From positions 31,600,831-31,664,830 of the forward strand of contig NC_057720.1 of the NCBI RefSeq assembly GCF_004010195.1: 64,000 nt of DNA, in the 5' to 3' direction. Of the stretch, positions 23,420 through 37,815 are shown piece after piece. The first letter of the stretch is position 1. The number at the start of each line of letters is the position of its first letter. Position numbers and translations under genes: made by a program. The notes below the pieces were generated by a model. It searched no databases, was not told where the DNA came from, and saw only the letters and a list, made by a program, of their open reading frames with translations. Source of the stretch: Chiloscyllium plagiosum. Taxonomy: Eukaryota.

Positions 23420-25130
23420 CAGTAGGACCATAAAATGTAGCAGCAGAAGTAGGCCATTCAATCTGTTCCACCATTCAATCCTCAACTCCACTTTCCTGTC
23501 ATTTTCTCATAACTATGAATCCCTTAAGGATTAACTTTCTGTTTAACCCAAGCTTGAAAGTACATAATAACCCGGTCTGTACAGTCCTCAGTGATAAAGA
23601 ATTCAACAGATTCACTGTCCTCTGAGAGAAGACATTCCTCCTCATCTCTGTCTATAATGGGCAACCCTTTACTCTGAGATTCTGCCCTGTGGTCCTAGCC
23701 TTTCCCAGAAAGGGAAACCACCTCTCCATATCCACCCGGTCAAGTCCCCTGTGAATCTTTTATGTTTCAATAAGGTCACGTCTCATTCTTCTAAATTCCA
23801 CTGAGTGTCGGCCCAACGTTCTCATCCTCTCCTCCATACCCAGGATCAGCCTAGTAAATGTTCGCTGCACTCTTTCCATCTATATCTTCCCTCAGACAGG
23901 AAACCAAACTGTTCACAGTAATCCAAGTATGGCCTAATTGGTGCCATATATTATTTTAGCAAGACCTCCCTATTTCTCTACTCCATTTCCTCTAAAATAA
24001 AGGCCAACATTCCATTTGCCTTCCCTATCACTTGCTGAACCTATATGCTAGCTTTTTCTGATTCTTGCAAGAGGACTCCCAAATTACGTTATGATGTAGC
24101 TTTCTACAGTCTTTCATAATTTAAAAAATATTCAGCTCCTGTATTCATTCTGCCAAAGTGCATAACCTCACGTTATATTCCATCTGCCAAGTCTTTGTCC
24201 ACTTGCTTAACCTGTCTATTTCCCTTTGTAGTTGTGTCATCCTCACCACTTGTCTTCCCATCAGTGTTGACCCCAGCACTGATTCCTGTGGCGTACCTCT
24301 AGTTACAAGTTGTCATCCTGAGAATACCCCCCTTATCCAATCCGCTGTCTTGTATTAGCTAATCCTCTATCCACACTAATGTATTACAGTGCCTCCAACC
24401 CCATGGGCTCTTATTAAATAGTCTAATAGGTGGTATCTTATCAAACACCTTCTTGAACTCCAAATATATTGCACTCACTGCTTTTTCCTTTATTCTTCCT
24501 ACTTGTTATCTCCTCAAAAAATTCTAATGAATTTGTCAGGTATGATTTCCCCTTCATGAAGTCATGCCGACTGCTTGACCAAATTATGTACAGTATTGTT
24601 GAATGCTCTGCTTTTACATCCTTTATACTGGCCTCTAACATTTCTCAATAATAGATGCTAACCTAAGTGGCCTATAGTTACCTTTTTTTTGTTCCCAAAT
24701 TTAAATAATTAGATTAGATTCGTTACAGTATGGAAACAGGCCCTTCGGCCCAACAAGTCCATACCAACCTTCCGAAGAGTAACCCACCCAGACCCATTCA
24801 CCTACCCTATATTTACTCCTAACTAATGCACCTAACACTATGGGCAATTTATCATGACCAAGTCACCTGACCTGCACATCTTTGGATTGTGGAAGGAAAC
24901 CGGAGCACCCGAAGGAAACTCATGCAGAGACGGGGAGAATGTGCAAACCCCACACAGAGAGTCTCCTGAGGCTGGAATCAAACCCGGGACCCTGGCGCTG
25001 CAAGGCAGCAGTGTTAACTACTGAGCCACGGTGCCGCCCCTGTTACATGGTGTTACATTGGCAGTTTGCCAACCCTCTGAGACATTTCTAGAATCTAAAT
25101 ATTCTTGGAAGATTGCTACCAGTGCATCCA
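23420..25130 (-). mobile_element. Old CR1 fragment
   Basis: RHDFMKGKSYLTNSLEFFEEIT and a CR1 3'UTR near 23420-23600. Confidence 0.75.
24710..25040 (-). mobile_element. HE1-like SINE
   Basis: Diverged reverse-complement copy with a (GATTA)n tail. Confidence 0.8.
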
Positions 25131-25139
25131 CTGCAGCTA

Positions 25140-26490
25140 TAAAAATAGGTAAGGGTCTTTGAGGACACGGGCCTCCAGAAGAAGCAGAGATGTTTCTTGA
25201 CCGTCAAGTTGACGTGTGTGGACCAGGACACATCACTCAAAGGAACTTGATCTCTTGACCATCTCCACCTCAGCACCACGAATGCAGACAGGGGCGTGCC
25301 CTTAAGTCTGCTTCCTGAAGTCAATGACCAGCTCGTTCATTTTGCTGATGTTGATGGAGAGGTTGCTGTCTTTATACCATGCTGCTAAGCACTCTATCTC
25401 TTTCCTGTCCTCTGTCTCATTGTTTGAGATCCGACTTACAATGGTGGTGTCATCAGCAAACTGAATGTATAAGGAGTATAGTAAGGGGCTGGATACAGAG
25501 CCTTGTGGGGCACCGGTGCTGAGGATTATGGTGGAGGAAGTACTGTCGCCTATTCTTACTGATTGCAGTCTACAGGTCAGGAGGTTCAGAATCAAATTAT
25601 AGAGGGGGAGCCGAGACCTAGATACCAGAGTTTAGAGATGAGTTTGTTTGGTATTATGGAGTTGAACTCGGAACTGTAGTCAATAAATAGAAATCTGATG
25701 TAGGTATCCTTGGTATCCAGATGTTCTAGGGATGAGTATAGGGCCAGGGAGATGGTGTGTTGTACGTGTGGGTGAATTACAAAGGATCAAGGCAATTTGG
25801 TAGGCTGGAGTTGATGTTAGCCATGACACTTGAAGCACTTCATAATGATGAAGGTCAGAGCCACCAGGCGGTAGTCATTGAGGCATGCCTCATGACTTTG
25901 CTTTGGTAACGGTATGATGGTAGTCTTCTTGAACCAACTGGGGACTTCAGATCGAAATAAAGAGAGGTTAAAGATGTTTGCAAATACTCTTGCCAGCCAG
26001 TCTGCACAGGATCTGACTGCATGGCCAGGACTCCATCCAGGCCAGTCGCTTTCCATGGGTTCACTCTCAACAAGGCTGATCTGACATCTTCCTCGGTAAC
26101 CATGGGTACAGGTGCATCTGAGGCTGTTGGGGGAGGTGACATCATTTCACTTCACTCAAAGTGACCGTAGAATGCATTGAGCTTGTCAGGTGGGGATTTA
26201 CTGTTGCCCGTGATTCTGTTTAACTTTGCTTTGTAGTGTAGTCAGTCTAGGTCTCAAGCTTAATTTGGCATTACTTCTTGGTGTCCCTGGTGGCCTTACG
26301 AAGGTCATATCTGGATTTCCTGTACTGGTCAGGGTGGGATGAACTGAATGCCTCAGTCTTGGACTTCAGTAAGGAGTGGATCTCCTGGTTCATCCATGGT
26401 TTCCCGTTGAGGAACATTTGGATTAACTTCTTCAGCATCCAATCTTTTACACACTTACTAATGAAGCCTGTGACTGTAGTACCATACTTG
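25140..26490 (-). mobile_element. Rex1/Babar-like LINE RT fragment
   Basis: NPWKATGLDGV, FKKTTIIPLPK..CLNDYRLVALTFIIMKCF, STGAPQGSVSSPLLYSLY, FADDTT. Confidence 0.8.
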
Positions 26491-26492
26491 TT

Positions 26493-26700
26493 TAGATTAG
26501 ATTAGATTAGATTAGATTACTTACAGTGTGGAAACAGGCCCTTCGGCCCAACAAGTCCACACCGACCTTCCGAAGAGCGACCCACCCATCCCTATTCCCC
26601 TACACTTACCCCTTCACCTAACACTACAGGCAATTTAGCATGGCCAATTCACCTATCCTGCACATTTTTGGACTGTAGGAGGAAACCGGAGCACCCGGAG
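26493..26700 (-). mobile_element. HE1-like SINE, 3' half
   Basis: (TTAGA)n tail and SINE body. Confidence 0.8.
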
Positions 26701-27575
26701 TGGAACTTGGTGTGCATTAGGATTCATGGAAGAGTTTTGGATGAACTGGAATTTATGGAAGTTGGAGGGTTGGCAAACAGGAAAGCATCAGGATAATGGG
26801 AGTCTAGAGGTGGCAAAGACATGGACCAGGCTTTCAGGAGTAGATGAGCTATTATAAACATGGTGGTGGGTCTCACGATAGAAAAAGTAGGCATTCTACA
26901 TGATGAATTCTTGTGGAACTCCCAAAGTTGGTGCAGAGCTATGTACAGCAAACATTGCTGGAAAAGGTCTGCCAACACTTTTATATATCAGAGTCAATGG
27001 CAGTTCCGCCAAGAAGGAGATCATTTGGAGGAGGGTGATAAGGGTTGGAGGTGACTATGTTAAAAGTGGTTGCAAAGTCAAGGTTCAATAGTATTCACCA
27101 TCACAGTGGATGTCATAAAGGTGGTTGTGGTATGAAAATTTATACATGGAACAACATTGACTAAAAATTAGTTTAGCACAACTCTATCTGCCCTGCATTA
27201 TCATCCCTTTCATCACCAGGACACTGCTGTGCAAAGAGCCCAAGCAATGACAGGTATGATAGATGGGCACAGAATAACGTTTAGAATATTGGCTTGAAAC
27301 GTGGCAACTTAATTGGAGGGATTTAAATGAAGGGTTGCAGGAAAGATGAATTGTTTCATCTTTCCTGCAACCCATCTGGGAGGTGACAACAAGGTCAAGT
27401 AATTAGAAAAAGAAACAATGTTTGGAGTGGAGTTGTGGGTACTTGGAAGGGGATGTGATGTCAATGCTTTTTAAAGGAAATGGGACCCTAAACTGAAAAT
27501 GGAAACTTCGGGCCAAGAGGAAACTTCAGTGGGGAGGAGTATAAAATTACAAAGCAAAGCAAAGATGTCTTTTAC

Positions 27576-27727
27576 CTGTATGTAACACTGAATATTGAAT
27601 ATAAAATGATGAACACAATGAATTCCTTGTACAACAGTTTGTAAATACTTCCTTTCCAACGAAAGAGAAGTTTAGAGAATCCAGCAAATCGAGCATCTGC
27701 AACTTTCAGTGTGTAAGAAATTGTCAT
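27576..27727 (-). CDS. BEST4: Bestrophin-4 coding exon 1 (BEST1 exon-2 equivalent)
   Basis: Manual translation gives MTISYTLKVADARFAGFSKLLFRWKGSIYKLLYKEFIVFIILYSIFSVTYR. Length 152 nt, start context gcgccATG, donor AG|gtaaaa. An upstream acceptor tttcag at 27750-27751 gives 22 nt of 5'UTR. Confidence 0.96.
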
Positions 27728-27859
27728 GGCGCCCCTTTGTGGTAACAATCTGAAAGTTCAATAAAATCTCAAATTAACAAATGCACGGATACTGAATGCA
27801 TTCCTTAGATCTTTCAAATTGAGTGAGGTTGACAAATATCTGGGAGGTAATCCACTTAC

Positions 27860-27960
27860 CTTCAAAATTGAACAGAGTATGTCAGTTGAATTTGACTGAA
27901 GACAGAGCAGTAGAAAAACTATAAAAAGACAACATTCTGATGTATGAACCTCAAAGAGCA
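27860..27960 (-). other. BEST4: Probable BEST4 non-coding 5' exon (3' boundary only; start unknown)
   Basis: A consensus donor AAG|gtaagt at 27859 pairs with the acceptor at 27750 to give a 110-nt intron. Bestrophin genes typically have a non-coding first exon. Confidence 0.45.
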
Positions 27961-29287
27961 AATGGAATGCATTTGCAGGATTCAAACATGAAAATAATTT
28001 ACCTAAGAGGGAATAATCTCCCCTGTTTATAGCAATGTACTGAATCATTAGTCAGTTTTAATTTTACTGACTTTTATTGACTACTTGATATTAGAAGGAA
28101 GAGTATATGGGTTGCTATTGGTTTTGAGAATTGTTTTTTTTATCCCTGGAGTGTGGAGATCACTAACATTTATTGCCCATCCCTAGTTACCCTTGGTGGT
28201 CGTGAGCAATTTTCTTGAACTGGTGCAGCTCTATTTGGAGGACAACTGATTCATCAGCTGAGGCATAGGGACTGAGGTGAAGTGGGCGGAATGTGGCAAT
28301 TGGTCAATTTCCTTGCCATATTTGACTGGATGCCATAATATTTTATGGGATCCGGACTCAATGTTGAGAATTGTCAGGGTAACTCCCATCCGACTATAAA
28401 CAACTGTGCTGCTACCTCTGTTGGGTGTGTCCTACTGGTGGGACAGGACATATCCAGGGATGGTGTTAGTGGTGTCTGGGACATTGTAGGGAAGGTATGA
28501 TTCTGTGAGCGTGACTATGTCAGGCTGTTGTTTGATGAGTCTGTGAGATAGCACTCCTGATTTTGTCCTTTGCCCCTCACTGTTAGCGAGGAGGGCTTTG
28601 AAGCGTTAACAGGCCTGCATTTGCTGGGTTTTTTTTGTTTCCAGTTATGTTTTTGTGACTTTCTATCAATTGTTACAGCTGAGTGGCTAGCTAGGTCATT
28701 TCAGAGGTCAGTTAAGAATCAACCACATTGCTGTGGGCCTGGGGTCACATGTAAGCCAGACCAGCTAAGAATGCTGGTTTCTAAGAAGGCCAGGGGAGGT
28801 AATGTAGGAAACTCCTGTAGCTACCTCCTTCTCAAGCAAGTATACCGTTTTGGAAAAAGTTGGAGGGGTGGGGGGCTGGGGCAGCCTCTCAAAAGGGAAC
28901 ATGAGTAGCCGGAGGTCGTTATACACATTGGTATCAACAACATAGGTAGAAAAAGGGATGAGGTCCTACAGAATGAATATAGGGAGTTAGGCAGGAGGTT
29001 AAAAAATTGGGCATCAAGAGTAGAAATCTCTGGATTACTCCCAGTGCCACGTGCTACTGAGAGCAGAAATGGGAAGGTAAGACAGATGAATACGTGGCTA
29101 AGGCACTGATGTATGGGACAGGGATTCAGATTTTGGATCAGTGGAATCTCTTCTGTGTCAGAGGACCAAATATGTAGGGAGATAGCAGCTAGCTGTAAGA
29201 GGGTTGAAATTGTAGGGAATTTTAACTTTCCAAACATAGACTGGGCCTGCCATAGTGTTAAGGGCTTGAATGGGGAGGAATTTGTTA

Positions 29288-29507
29288 CAGAGGGGACACC
29301 GTATCTGCGGGTAATACATTCCAAGACCTACCGTGGATGCCCAAAACTATGGATAGTAGCGAGCCCTATCATTTAAATGGAAAACGTAGCTCCCCGGCAG
29401 CCCCCGGAATTATTTCTGGAATGTATCATGTATTATTTTCAAGCTACAGTAAACTGCAGATAACTGAAACCATGCAAACCGTATCCACGGATACAGGGGT
29501 ACTACTG
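29288..29507. mobile_element. Tc1/mariner (pogo/Tigger-like) MITE inserted in CR1
   Basis: TA at both ends. Imperfect TIRs CAGAGGGGACACCGTATCTGCGG and CCACGGATACAGGGGTACTACTG. The CR1 sequence resumes across it. Confidence 0.7.
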
Positions 29508-30530
29508 TAGTGTGTTCAATAAAACTTTCTTAATCAATATGTAAATGACCCTGCTAGAGAAGGGGCAAAACTTGACGTCCTCTTGGAAAATCAGGCATGC
29601 CTAGTGACTGAGGTATTAGAGAGACACTTTGGGACCAGTGACCATTATTCCATTAGTCTTAAAATAGCTATGGGAAAGGATAAAGTTAAAGTTCTAAATT
29701 GGGGCAAGGCTAATTCTGATGGTATTTGGCAGGAACTTTCAAATGTTGAGTGGGGGAGGCTATTCACAGTTAAAGGGATATCTGGCAGGTGGGAGGCTTT
29801 CAAAAGCAAGATAGCTAGAATTCAGGGAGACCAGGTTCCTGCTAGTGTGAAGGGCAAGTATGTCAGGCATAGAGAACACTGGATAACTCAAGATATTGAT
29901 TCTCTGGTCAAGAAAAAGAACAAGGCATAAATCAGATATAGACAGCTGGGATCAAGTGAATCCCTTGAGAAGTATAGGAAGTATAGGAGTACACCAAAGA
30001 GGGAAATCAGGAGGGCAAAAAAAGACATGAGATAGCTTTGTCCGATAAGATTAGGGAGAATTCAAAGAGATTCTACAAGTATATGAAGGGCAAAAGAGTG
30101 ACTAGGGTGAGAATAGGGCCCCTTAAAGATCAATGAGGCCATCTATTTTTGGAACTGCAGGAGATGGGTGAGATCCTAAACAAATGTTTCATGTCAGTAT
30201 TTATTGTGGAGAAGACATGGAAGCTAGAGAACTTGGGGAAATAAATAGTCTTGAAAAGAATCCACATTGCAGAAGAGGATAAAGGTAGTTAGATCCCTGG
30301 GACCTGATCAAGTGTATCCCAGGACATTGTGGGAGGTTCAGGAAAAAATTGCAAGGGCCCCAGCAGAGATATTTGTATCATCGATAACCACAGCTGAAGT
30401 GCCAGAAGACTGGGGGGTGGCTAATGTTGTGCCACTATTTAAGAAAGGCTGCAAAGAAAAGCCAAGGAACTACACACTGGTGAGCCTGATGTCAGTGAGG
30501 GTAAGTTGTAGGAGGGAATCCTGAGAGACA

Positions 30531-30833
30531 GATTAGATTAGATTACATTACAGTATGGAAACAGGCCCTTCGGCCCAACAAGTCCACACCGACCTGCCGA
30601 AGCCACCCACCTTTACCCCTATACCTAACACTATGGGCAATTTAGCATGGCCAATTCACCTGACCTGCACATCTTTGGACTGTGGGAGGAAACCGGAGCA
30701 CCCGGAGGAAACCCACGCAGACACGGGGAGAACGTGCAAACTCCACACAGTCAGTCGCCTGAGGCGGGAATTGAACCCGGGTCTCTGGCGCTGTGAGGCA
30801 ACAGTGCTAACCACTGTGCCACCGTGCCGCCCA
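30531..30833 (-). mobile_element. HE1-like SINE inserted in CR1
   Basis: Reverse-complement match to the 38460 copy. Confidence 0.85.
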
Positions 30834-32875
30834 CTAATGTAGGCAGGATCTACATGGTTTTGGAAAGGCAAGAACTGATTGGGGACATGGCTTTGTACAT
30901 GGGAAATCGTGTCTCACAGACATGGTTGGGATTTTTGAAGAGGTGATCAAGAAGATAGATGAAGGCAGAGTTGTAGACATTGTCTACAGGAACTTTAGCA
31001 AGGCTTTCAACAAGGTTCCACATGGTAGACTAGTTAGTAGAATTAGGTCACATGGGATCCAGGGAGAGAGCTAGTCAATTGGATACAAAATTTGCTTCAC
31101 AGTAGGAGACAGAAGGTGGTGGTAGAGGGTTGTTGTTCAGTCCTATGCGACCAGCGGTATACCACATGTATCAATACTGGGTCCACTGTTTTTCATCATT
31201 TATATTAACAATTTGGGTGAGAATATGGGAGACATGATTAGTAACTTTACAGATGTCAACAAATTGACACCAGCGAGCTGAAGGATAGCAGATGGACTTT
31301 AATTTAGATAAATGTGAGATGTTGAAGTTTGGTGAAATAAACCAGGGCAGGTGAAATAGAACAGTTAATGGTAGGACACTGGGGAGTGCTGTCAAACAGA
31401 GACACCTAGAGGTTCAAGTACATAGTTTCTTGAAAATGGAATCACAGTTGAACAAGGCGGTGAAGAAGGTATTAGGTATACTTGCCTTCATTGGTCAGAG
31501 TATTGTGTCCAGGAGTTGGAATGTTATGTTATGGCTGTACAAAGCATTGGTAAGGCCACATCTGGAATATTGCATACAGTTCTGGTCACTCTACCTTCAG
31601 AAGGCTATTAGTAACCTGGAAAGAGTGCAAAGGGATTTACAGGGATGCTACCGAGACTGGAAGGTTTGAGTTATAAGGAGAGTCAGGATAGGCTGGGACA
31701 TTTCTCCCTGGAGCGTAGGCAGCTGAGCATTGATCTTATACGTGTTTGTAAAATCATGACAGTCATAGATGAGGTTAATAAACAGGGTCTTTACCCCAGT
31801 GTAGGGGAGTCCAAAATAGAAAGCACAAGTTTAAGGTGAGAGGGGGAAATATTTAAAATGAACCTGAGGGGTCTTTTTCACACAGAAGGTGGTGCATATA
31901 TGAAATGAACTATCAGAGAAAGTGATAGAGGTGAGTACAATTATAACATTTAAAAGACATTTGGATGGGTATATGGATAGGAAATATTTAGAGGGATATG
32001 GACCAAACGCAGATAAATGGGATTAGTTCAGTTTAGGAAAGCTGGTCGACATGAACACATTGGACTGAAGGGTATGTTTCCTTGCTGTATGACTCTATGA
32101 TTCTAAGTTCAGCAGAAACACTGGAGGAACTGCATAAATAAATAAAAATGGCCATTTATTTGATTATCCCATTTGAGTGAGTGAGTTTCACCATCATCTG
32201 CGTGACATTGAAAGATCTCAGCAGAGGTTTGCAACTCAGTTGAGACGATAAGACCAATAAGAAACAGGAGCAGGAATAGGCCATTCAGCCCCTTGAACCT
32301 GCTCCACCATTCAATAGGATCATGGCTGATCCGACATTCCTCACGTCCACTTTCCTGCCCTTTCCTTTTAACCCTTGATTCTCTGACAGAACAAGACTCT
32401 ATCTCTCTCAGCCTTATATACACACAAGGACTATGTTCCCACAGCTCTCTGTAGCAAGGAGTTCCAAAGACTCACAACCTTCTGAGAGGAGAAATTTCTT
32501 CTCATTTCAGTTTTGGTAGCAATGTCAAAGATAGTTTTAATTTGCGGGCGTGTCACTAATGAGGCTATAGTTATTGCCATCCCAGGTTTTCCATTTATAT
32601 CCATCTCTTCAAAAAGCCTTAAATATCAACTCCTGGCCAGGTTACATTTGGAACTTCTTTTCAATGAAGGACAGTAGAATACCAATTGATTTCTAGCCAA
32701 CAGTGTATTAAATTGATTGAACTGAATTTCACAGCTTTATGTGTTGAATTGTGTTGATGAGTTCTGGATACTTGGTGAGTTTGTACAGTCGGAGGCAAAT
32801 GATATTGTGGAAGTGCAACTAAAGCTTCTGGGTGATGAGTAGGTAAATCATCAATGAATTAACAGGATACGACAG

Positions 32876-32905
32876 CCTCTGCCTCAGCCTCAGCCTCAGC
32901 CTCAG
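32876..32905. repeat. (GCCTCA)n microsatellite
   Basis: About five hexamer units. Confidence 0.9.
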
Positions 32906-35844
32906 CAAGTGACCACAGAAAGGAATAGATTCATTGGTCAGCGAACTGAGTATACTAGAAGTGGTGGCTTCAATCATCCCAATGTTCAGTTGTTTGTTAG
33001 ATATTGAAAAGGCAGTCTGAGAGGCAGTCATGTGGTCCATTGACAGTGATAAAGTAGGGAGCCACCAGGATACATGCAGTAGCTAATGCTGTGATAACTG
33101 CTGATATCATAAGTAGGCACGGGAGGAGGCAGCCACAGACCCTTGAGGGATTTGGGAGGTGACTTGGCAGGAGGAGGAATGGCAGCCATTGCTACAGATG
33201 TGATAGATAAATGTGAATGTAAAGCAGCCTATGGAGCTGAACAATTGGAAGGATGGCATCATTAACCACACTGAGTACTGTGGATGGCATCAGATGCATA
33301 ATGAAAAATAATGTGCTCTGCTCATTTCAGATTTTATTTGTGATATTAGCTGGAGTACTCTTGGTGCAATGAGACGGAAGGAGGAGATGGGGAAGGAGGA
33401 TAGATTTGCATGGCGAAATTAGGGAGATAGGCATGAATTTACGAAGGGAACATAATGTCGATGACCTCAGAAAAAGGAAATCCTACATGGGAGAGTAGTT
33501 GGAGAGGATCAATGGAACAAAGTAGGGTTTTTGAAAATGGCACTGAATGTATTGTCAAAGGAATGGGCTTGATGGGTGATTAAAGAGCCATCTATGTTTT
33601 AGTGAGGTTCAGAAGTTCAGTGTTTTGAGTGACCAGGAGTTGCATAAGAAGACATCAAAGGATAAGAAGATGAGTCTCAGTCATGGGGAAGTTTGGAAGG
33701 AAAGGAAGAGGAAGCTTAGAGTTGCAGAGGTTCTGATACAAGTTTTGATGAAGGTTATGCAAAGTGGAGAGGAAGAAAATGATAATACAGTAGCAGCATG
33801 GATGGTCTCAGTCAACAATGATGTCCATTCTATCTACACTTAACCTCCAAACTAGCAACATTCTCAGTTGTTTGGTTCAAGTTTTATTTCATTAAATAAG
33901 TTTCTAAAGTACACATTTAAACTAAGTTGCTTAAATTACACATAGAAATAGCTTCTTCAAATATTCTGAATTCAGGCCATCCTTCGTCATAATAATTGCA
34001 AGCTTAGCCCTGCCTTCACTATCATCTTGAGTTCACTACCATCAATTACTGTCCTAAGTGCCCTAGCATTTTGTCGTCATGGGACTTGTGCTGCTCCATA
34101 TCTGCTTGTGCTGTGTCAGGACACAGAGTATATCAGTAGTATCCCTTTGTGATCTGAATCAGGTGTTTTACTGTATATCTTTTGAACACACTCGTCAGTC
34201 TCTTCAAAGATCCAACCAGAGAATCTTTGATGAGAGATGAGGCCTGTTATAAATCTCTAAGCTGTTTTACACGTTTAAAACAAACATCAGCAAAAGAGAT
34301 TAGTTATGATCAGTCTCACTTCATTCAAACAGAGCAACCTTGTATAATACAAAGTAAAGAACATGCCACCGATCCACCTTACTTGATTTCTTGCAGTCTT
34401 CCAGTATTTCTGAACTGATTCTCTCCAAAATGCTTTGCAACATTCAATTTAAATGACTGATTGGCTTGTCTGTATAACCTCATGTATTCAGAGCCATTTA
34501 GGAACAAAGATTTTCAAATGTAATAGAGGTAAAGTATATATAATTTCCATGATAGATGAATTGATTATTATTTACAGATTGTAGAAATAGTACATTCATC
34601 TCATGAATTAAACTTAACTCCTTTTTGGTTTAGTATTTTAGAACTCTGATAGATTTTCAGGGATTGTCTGATAGATTTTCTCACAGGATGAATATCTACA
34701 AGGACCAGAAGTTTCCAAAGCATAGACAAAGGGATTACATCCCTCAAGAGAGAAAGTAAATCACCATCAGTTCCTTCTTCATCTCAAAACAGTCAGCTCA
34801 CCTGGATCATTATCAGGATCAGGGAGAAAGTTAAAGACCCATTTTAGAGTCTGAATACTCAGTGTATTATAAGATAGATATAAGGAGATTCAAGTCTATG
34901 AGATAAAAAGCAAATGAAAATTATTTTAAAAATCAGATAGTAATGATTTCTCACCTGCTGAAGGGTACAGAAAACTGTCCACAGAAGTTGGCTATGCGAG
35001 AAAGATTTGGGGATTTTGTCTTCCTTTTAAATATAGGCTTTTCAGACATTATCTGTTCATCACTGATTTATTACACCAATATCACCACCAATAAATCTGC
35101 AATCTCTTACACAATATGATTTACTCTTTACTGAATTATGACATTAACAGGTATATCATCAAACAAGGACATTTTGCTATCTGAGAACTTGTATTCTCAT
35201 TCTGTTGGTGTTTTTCGTGGACTTTATTCTTCTAACGTGTAATCCTCTTTAGGGGGCATAAGATTGGTAGTTACTTCTAAAAGAGACTCTCTTCCTATAT
35301 GGATGTGTTTATATAGGATTAAGATTTGATGTAATCTCATATGATTAATGTTTGTGCTTCCTCTTTACGGAGTATTTAAGGATTTATATTGTACATAAGG
35401 ATAATAAAATTTTTAACCTGTTAATTCCAAACTCAGTTTAGTTTCATCTATTAGACTGCATTTTTTGTTGATCTGGGTTGTTGAGGTGTATATCAATGTC
35501 TGTTTTATTAAAATGTTTTCAGCACATTCCAAAACAATAGGCTGAAGATAGTTAAAGTTGGCATCTGTTGTTTTGCTGGGATCTGCAACATTTCTGAGGG
35601 TCCTGTTAACAATAATGGTTATCAGGGAATAAATTGCCATTAAAGAGCCTATTAACATCTAGAGCTTTCCTTCACAATTTGTAGAAAGAAATGAGATTGA
35701 ATGTTTTGATGAAGGTTGTTGCTACCTGGAGAAAAAGTGGGTTTATTGCGTAGAGAAGGTGGTTCAGAAGTCATATGGATACATGTCTTTATTAATCAAG
35801 GCATCGAATACAACAGCAAGTACATTGTGATAACACAGTGCAAG

Positions 35845-37300
35845 ATGAGTAGCTAATGCTGTTCCTGTATTCAAGAAGAGAAATAGGGACAATCTAGGAA
35901 ATCATAGACCGGTGAGTCTTGCATCAATGGTTGGAAAGCTATTAGAGAGAATTCTTAGGGATAGGAATAACAAGCATTTGGAACAGTATGGCCTAATTAG
36001 GGACAGTCAGCAGGATTTTGTGCAGGGCAGTTCATGTCATACTGACGTGACTGAATTTTACAAGGAGATGACAGTGGTGATCGATGAGGGTAGAGCAATG
36101 GATGTTGTCCACATGGATTTTTGTAAGGCTTGCCTTTGTTAGTTGGGGAATTGAGTACAAGAGTCAGGATGTCATATTGCAGCTTTATAAGACTTTGGTT
36201 AGGCTGCACTTAGAGTATTGCATACAATTTTGGTTGCCACGTTACAAGAAGGATGTGGAGGTTTTGGAGAGGGTGCAGAAGAGGTTTGTGAGAATGCTGC
36301 CCGGATTTGAGAGTATGAACTAACTATAAAGAGAGGCTAGAAAAACTCATGTTGTTTTCTCTGGAACGGCAGGGGCTGAGGGGAGACTTGATAGAAGTCT
36401 ATAACATTATGAGATGCATAGATAAGTTTGACAGTCAGAATCATTTTCCCAGAGTTGAAATGTTTAGGGGGCATGCATTTAAGATGAGAGGGGGAAAGTT
36501 CAAAGGAGATATGAGGGGCAAGTTTTTTTCACACAGAGAGTGGTAGGAATTTGGAATGCGCAGCCAAGGGTGGTGGTGTAGGCAGATACAATAGGGGTGG
36601 TTAAGAGACTTTTAGATAAGCACATGAATATGCAAGGAATGGAGGGATATGGACCAAGAGCAGGCAGAAGGGATTAATTTAATTTGGCATTATGTTCGGC
36701 ACAACGTGGTAGACCAAAGGGCCCGTTCCTGTGCTGTATTGTTCTATGTTCTATGTTAGTTAGGCCACAGGTGGAGCACTGTATGCACTTCTGAGCACCA
36801 CAGTATAGGAAGGATGTGATTGCACTAGAGAGGGCACAGAGGGGATTCGCCAGGTTGTTGCTCGGTCTGAAGTGTTTCAGCTACAAGAAGAGTCCAAATA
36901 AGCTGGGGTTGTTTTCTTTAGAGTCGAGAAGGCTGAAGGGGGACCTGATTAAGGTGCACAAAGTTATGAGGAGCATAGACAGGGAAGATAAGAAGAAACT
37001 TTCCCATAGTAGAGAGGTAAATATCCTGGCAGCACCATTTTAAGGTAAGGAGCAGGAAGTTTAGAAGGGATTTGAGGAAAAGGTTTTTCACCCAGAGGGC
37101 ACTGGATATCTGGAACTCACTGACTAAAATGATGGTAGAAGCAGAAGCCATCAAGACACTAAGAAATATTTAGATGAGCACTTAAAATATCATAACATAC
37201 AAGGCTATGGGGCAAGTGCTGGAAAATGGGATTGGAACAGATAGATGCTTGATGACCAACATGATTACAGTAGGCTGAAGGATCTTTTCCCATGCAGTAA
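35845..37300 (+). mobile_element. Stacked CR1 fragments
   Basis: SLASMVGKLLERIL, YKTLVRLHLEYCIQFW, LFSLERQGLRGDLIEVY. Confidence 0.85.
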
Positions 37301-37717
37301 AAACTGATGGAGCATAAGAGGTACAGTTAGTAAGTTTGCAGATGACACCAAAATTGGAGGTATAGTGGACAGCGAAGAGGGTTGAGGAGAAAGTGAGGTC
37401 TGCAGATGCTGGAGATCAGAGCTGAAAATGTGTTGCCAGAGGATGTGGTGGAGGCTGGTACAATTGCAACATTTAAGAGGCATTTGGATGGGTATATGAA
37501 TAGGAAGGGTTTGGAGGGATATGGGCTGGGTGCTGGCAGGTGGGATTAGATTGGGTTGGGATATCTGGTCGGCATGGATGGATTAGACCAAAGGGTCTGT
37601 TTCCATGCTGTACATCTCTATGACTCTCTGACTCTATAGATAGACTGGAGACTTGGGTGGTGAAATGGAAGATGGAGTTTAATCCAAACAAATACAAGGT
37701 GATGCATTTTTGAAAGT

Positions 37718-37815
37718 TCCTCATTCCTGAAGAAGGGCTTATGCCCGAAACGTCGATTCTCCTGTTCCCTGGATGCTGCCTGACCTGCTGCGCTTTTCCA
37801 GCAACACATTTTCAG
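37718..37815 (+). mobile_element. Penelope-derived fragment with hammerhead motif (37722-37759)
   Basis: CTGAAGAAGGGCTTATGCCCGAAACGTCGA, a stem II loop variant (TTAT). Confidence 0.78.

Larger units (their letters stand above)
28790..32105 (+). mobile_element. Long decayed CR1 LINE (ORF1 esterase, ORF2 endonuclease-RT, 3' tail)
   Basis: VVIHIGINNIGRK (SGNH-like), IVGNFNFPNIDW, FGTSDH, GPDQVYPR, EDWGVANVVPLFKKG, LVRPHLEYC, tail ATGACTCTATGA. Confidence 0.88.

Noticed and set aside
5695..27727. Assignment as BEST1/2/3 or as a pseudogene
   Set aside because: All nine exons splice in frame without stops. [16 protein letters not shown] and the QTPLL.RFL tail are BEST4-type.
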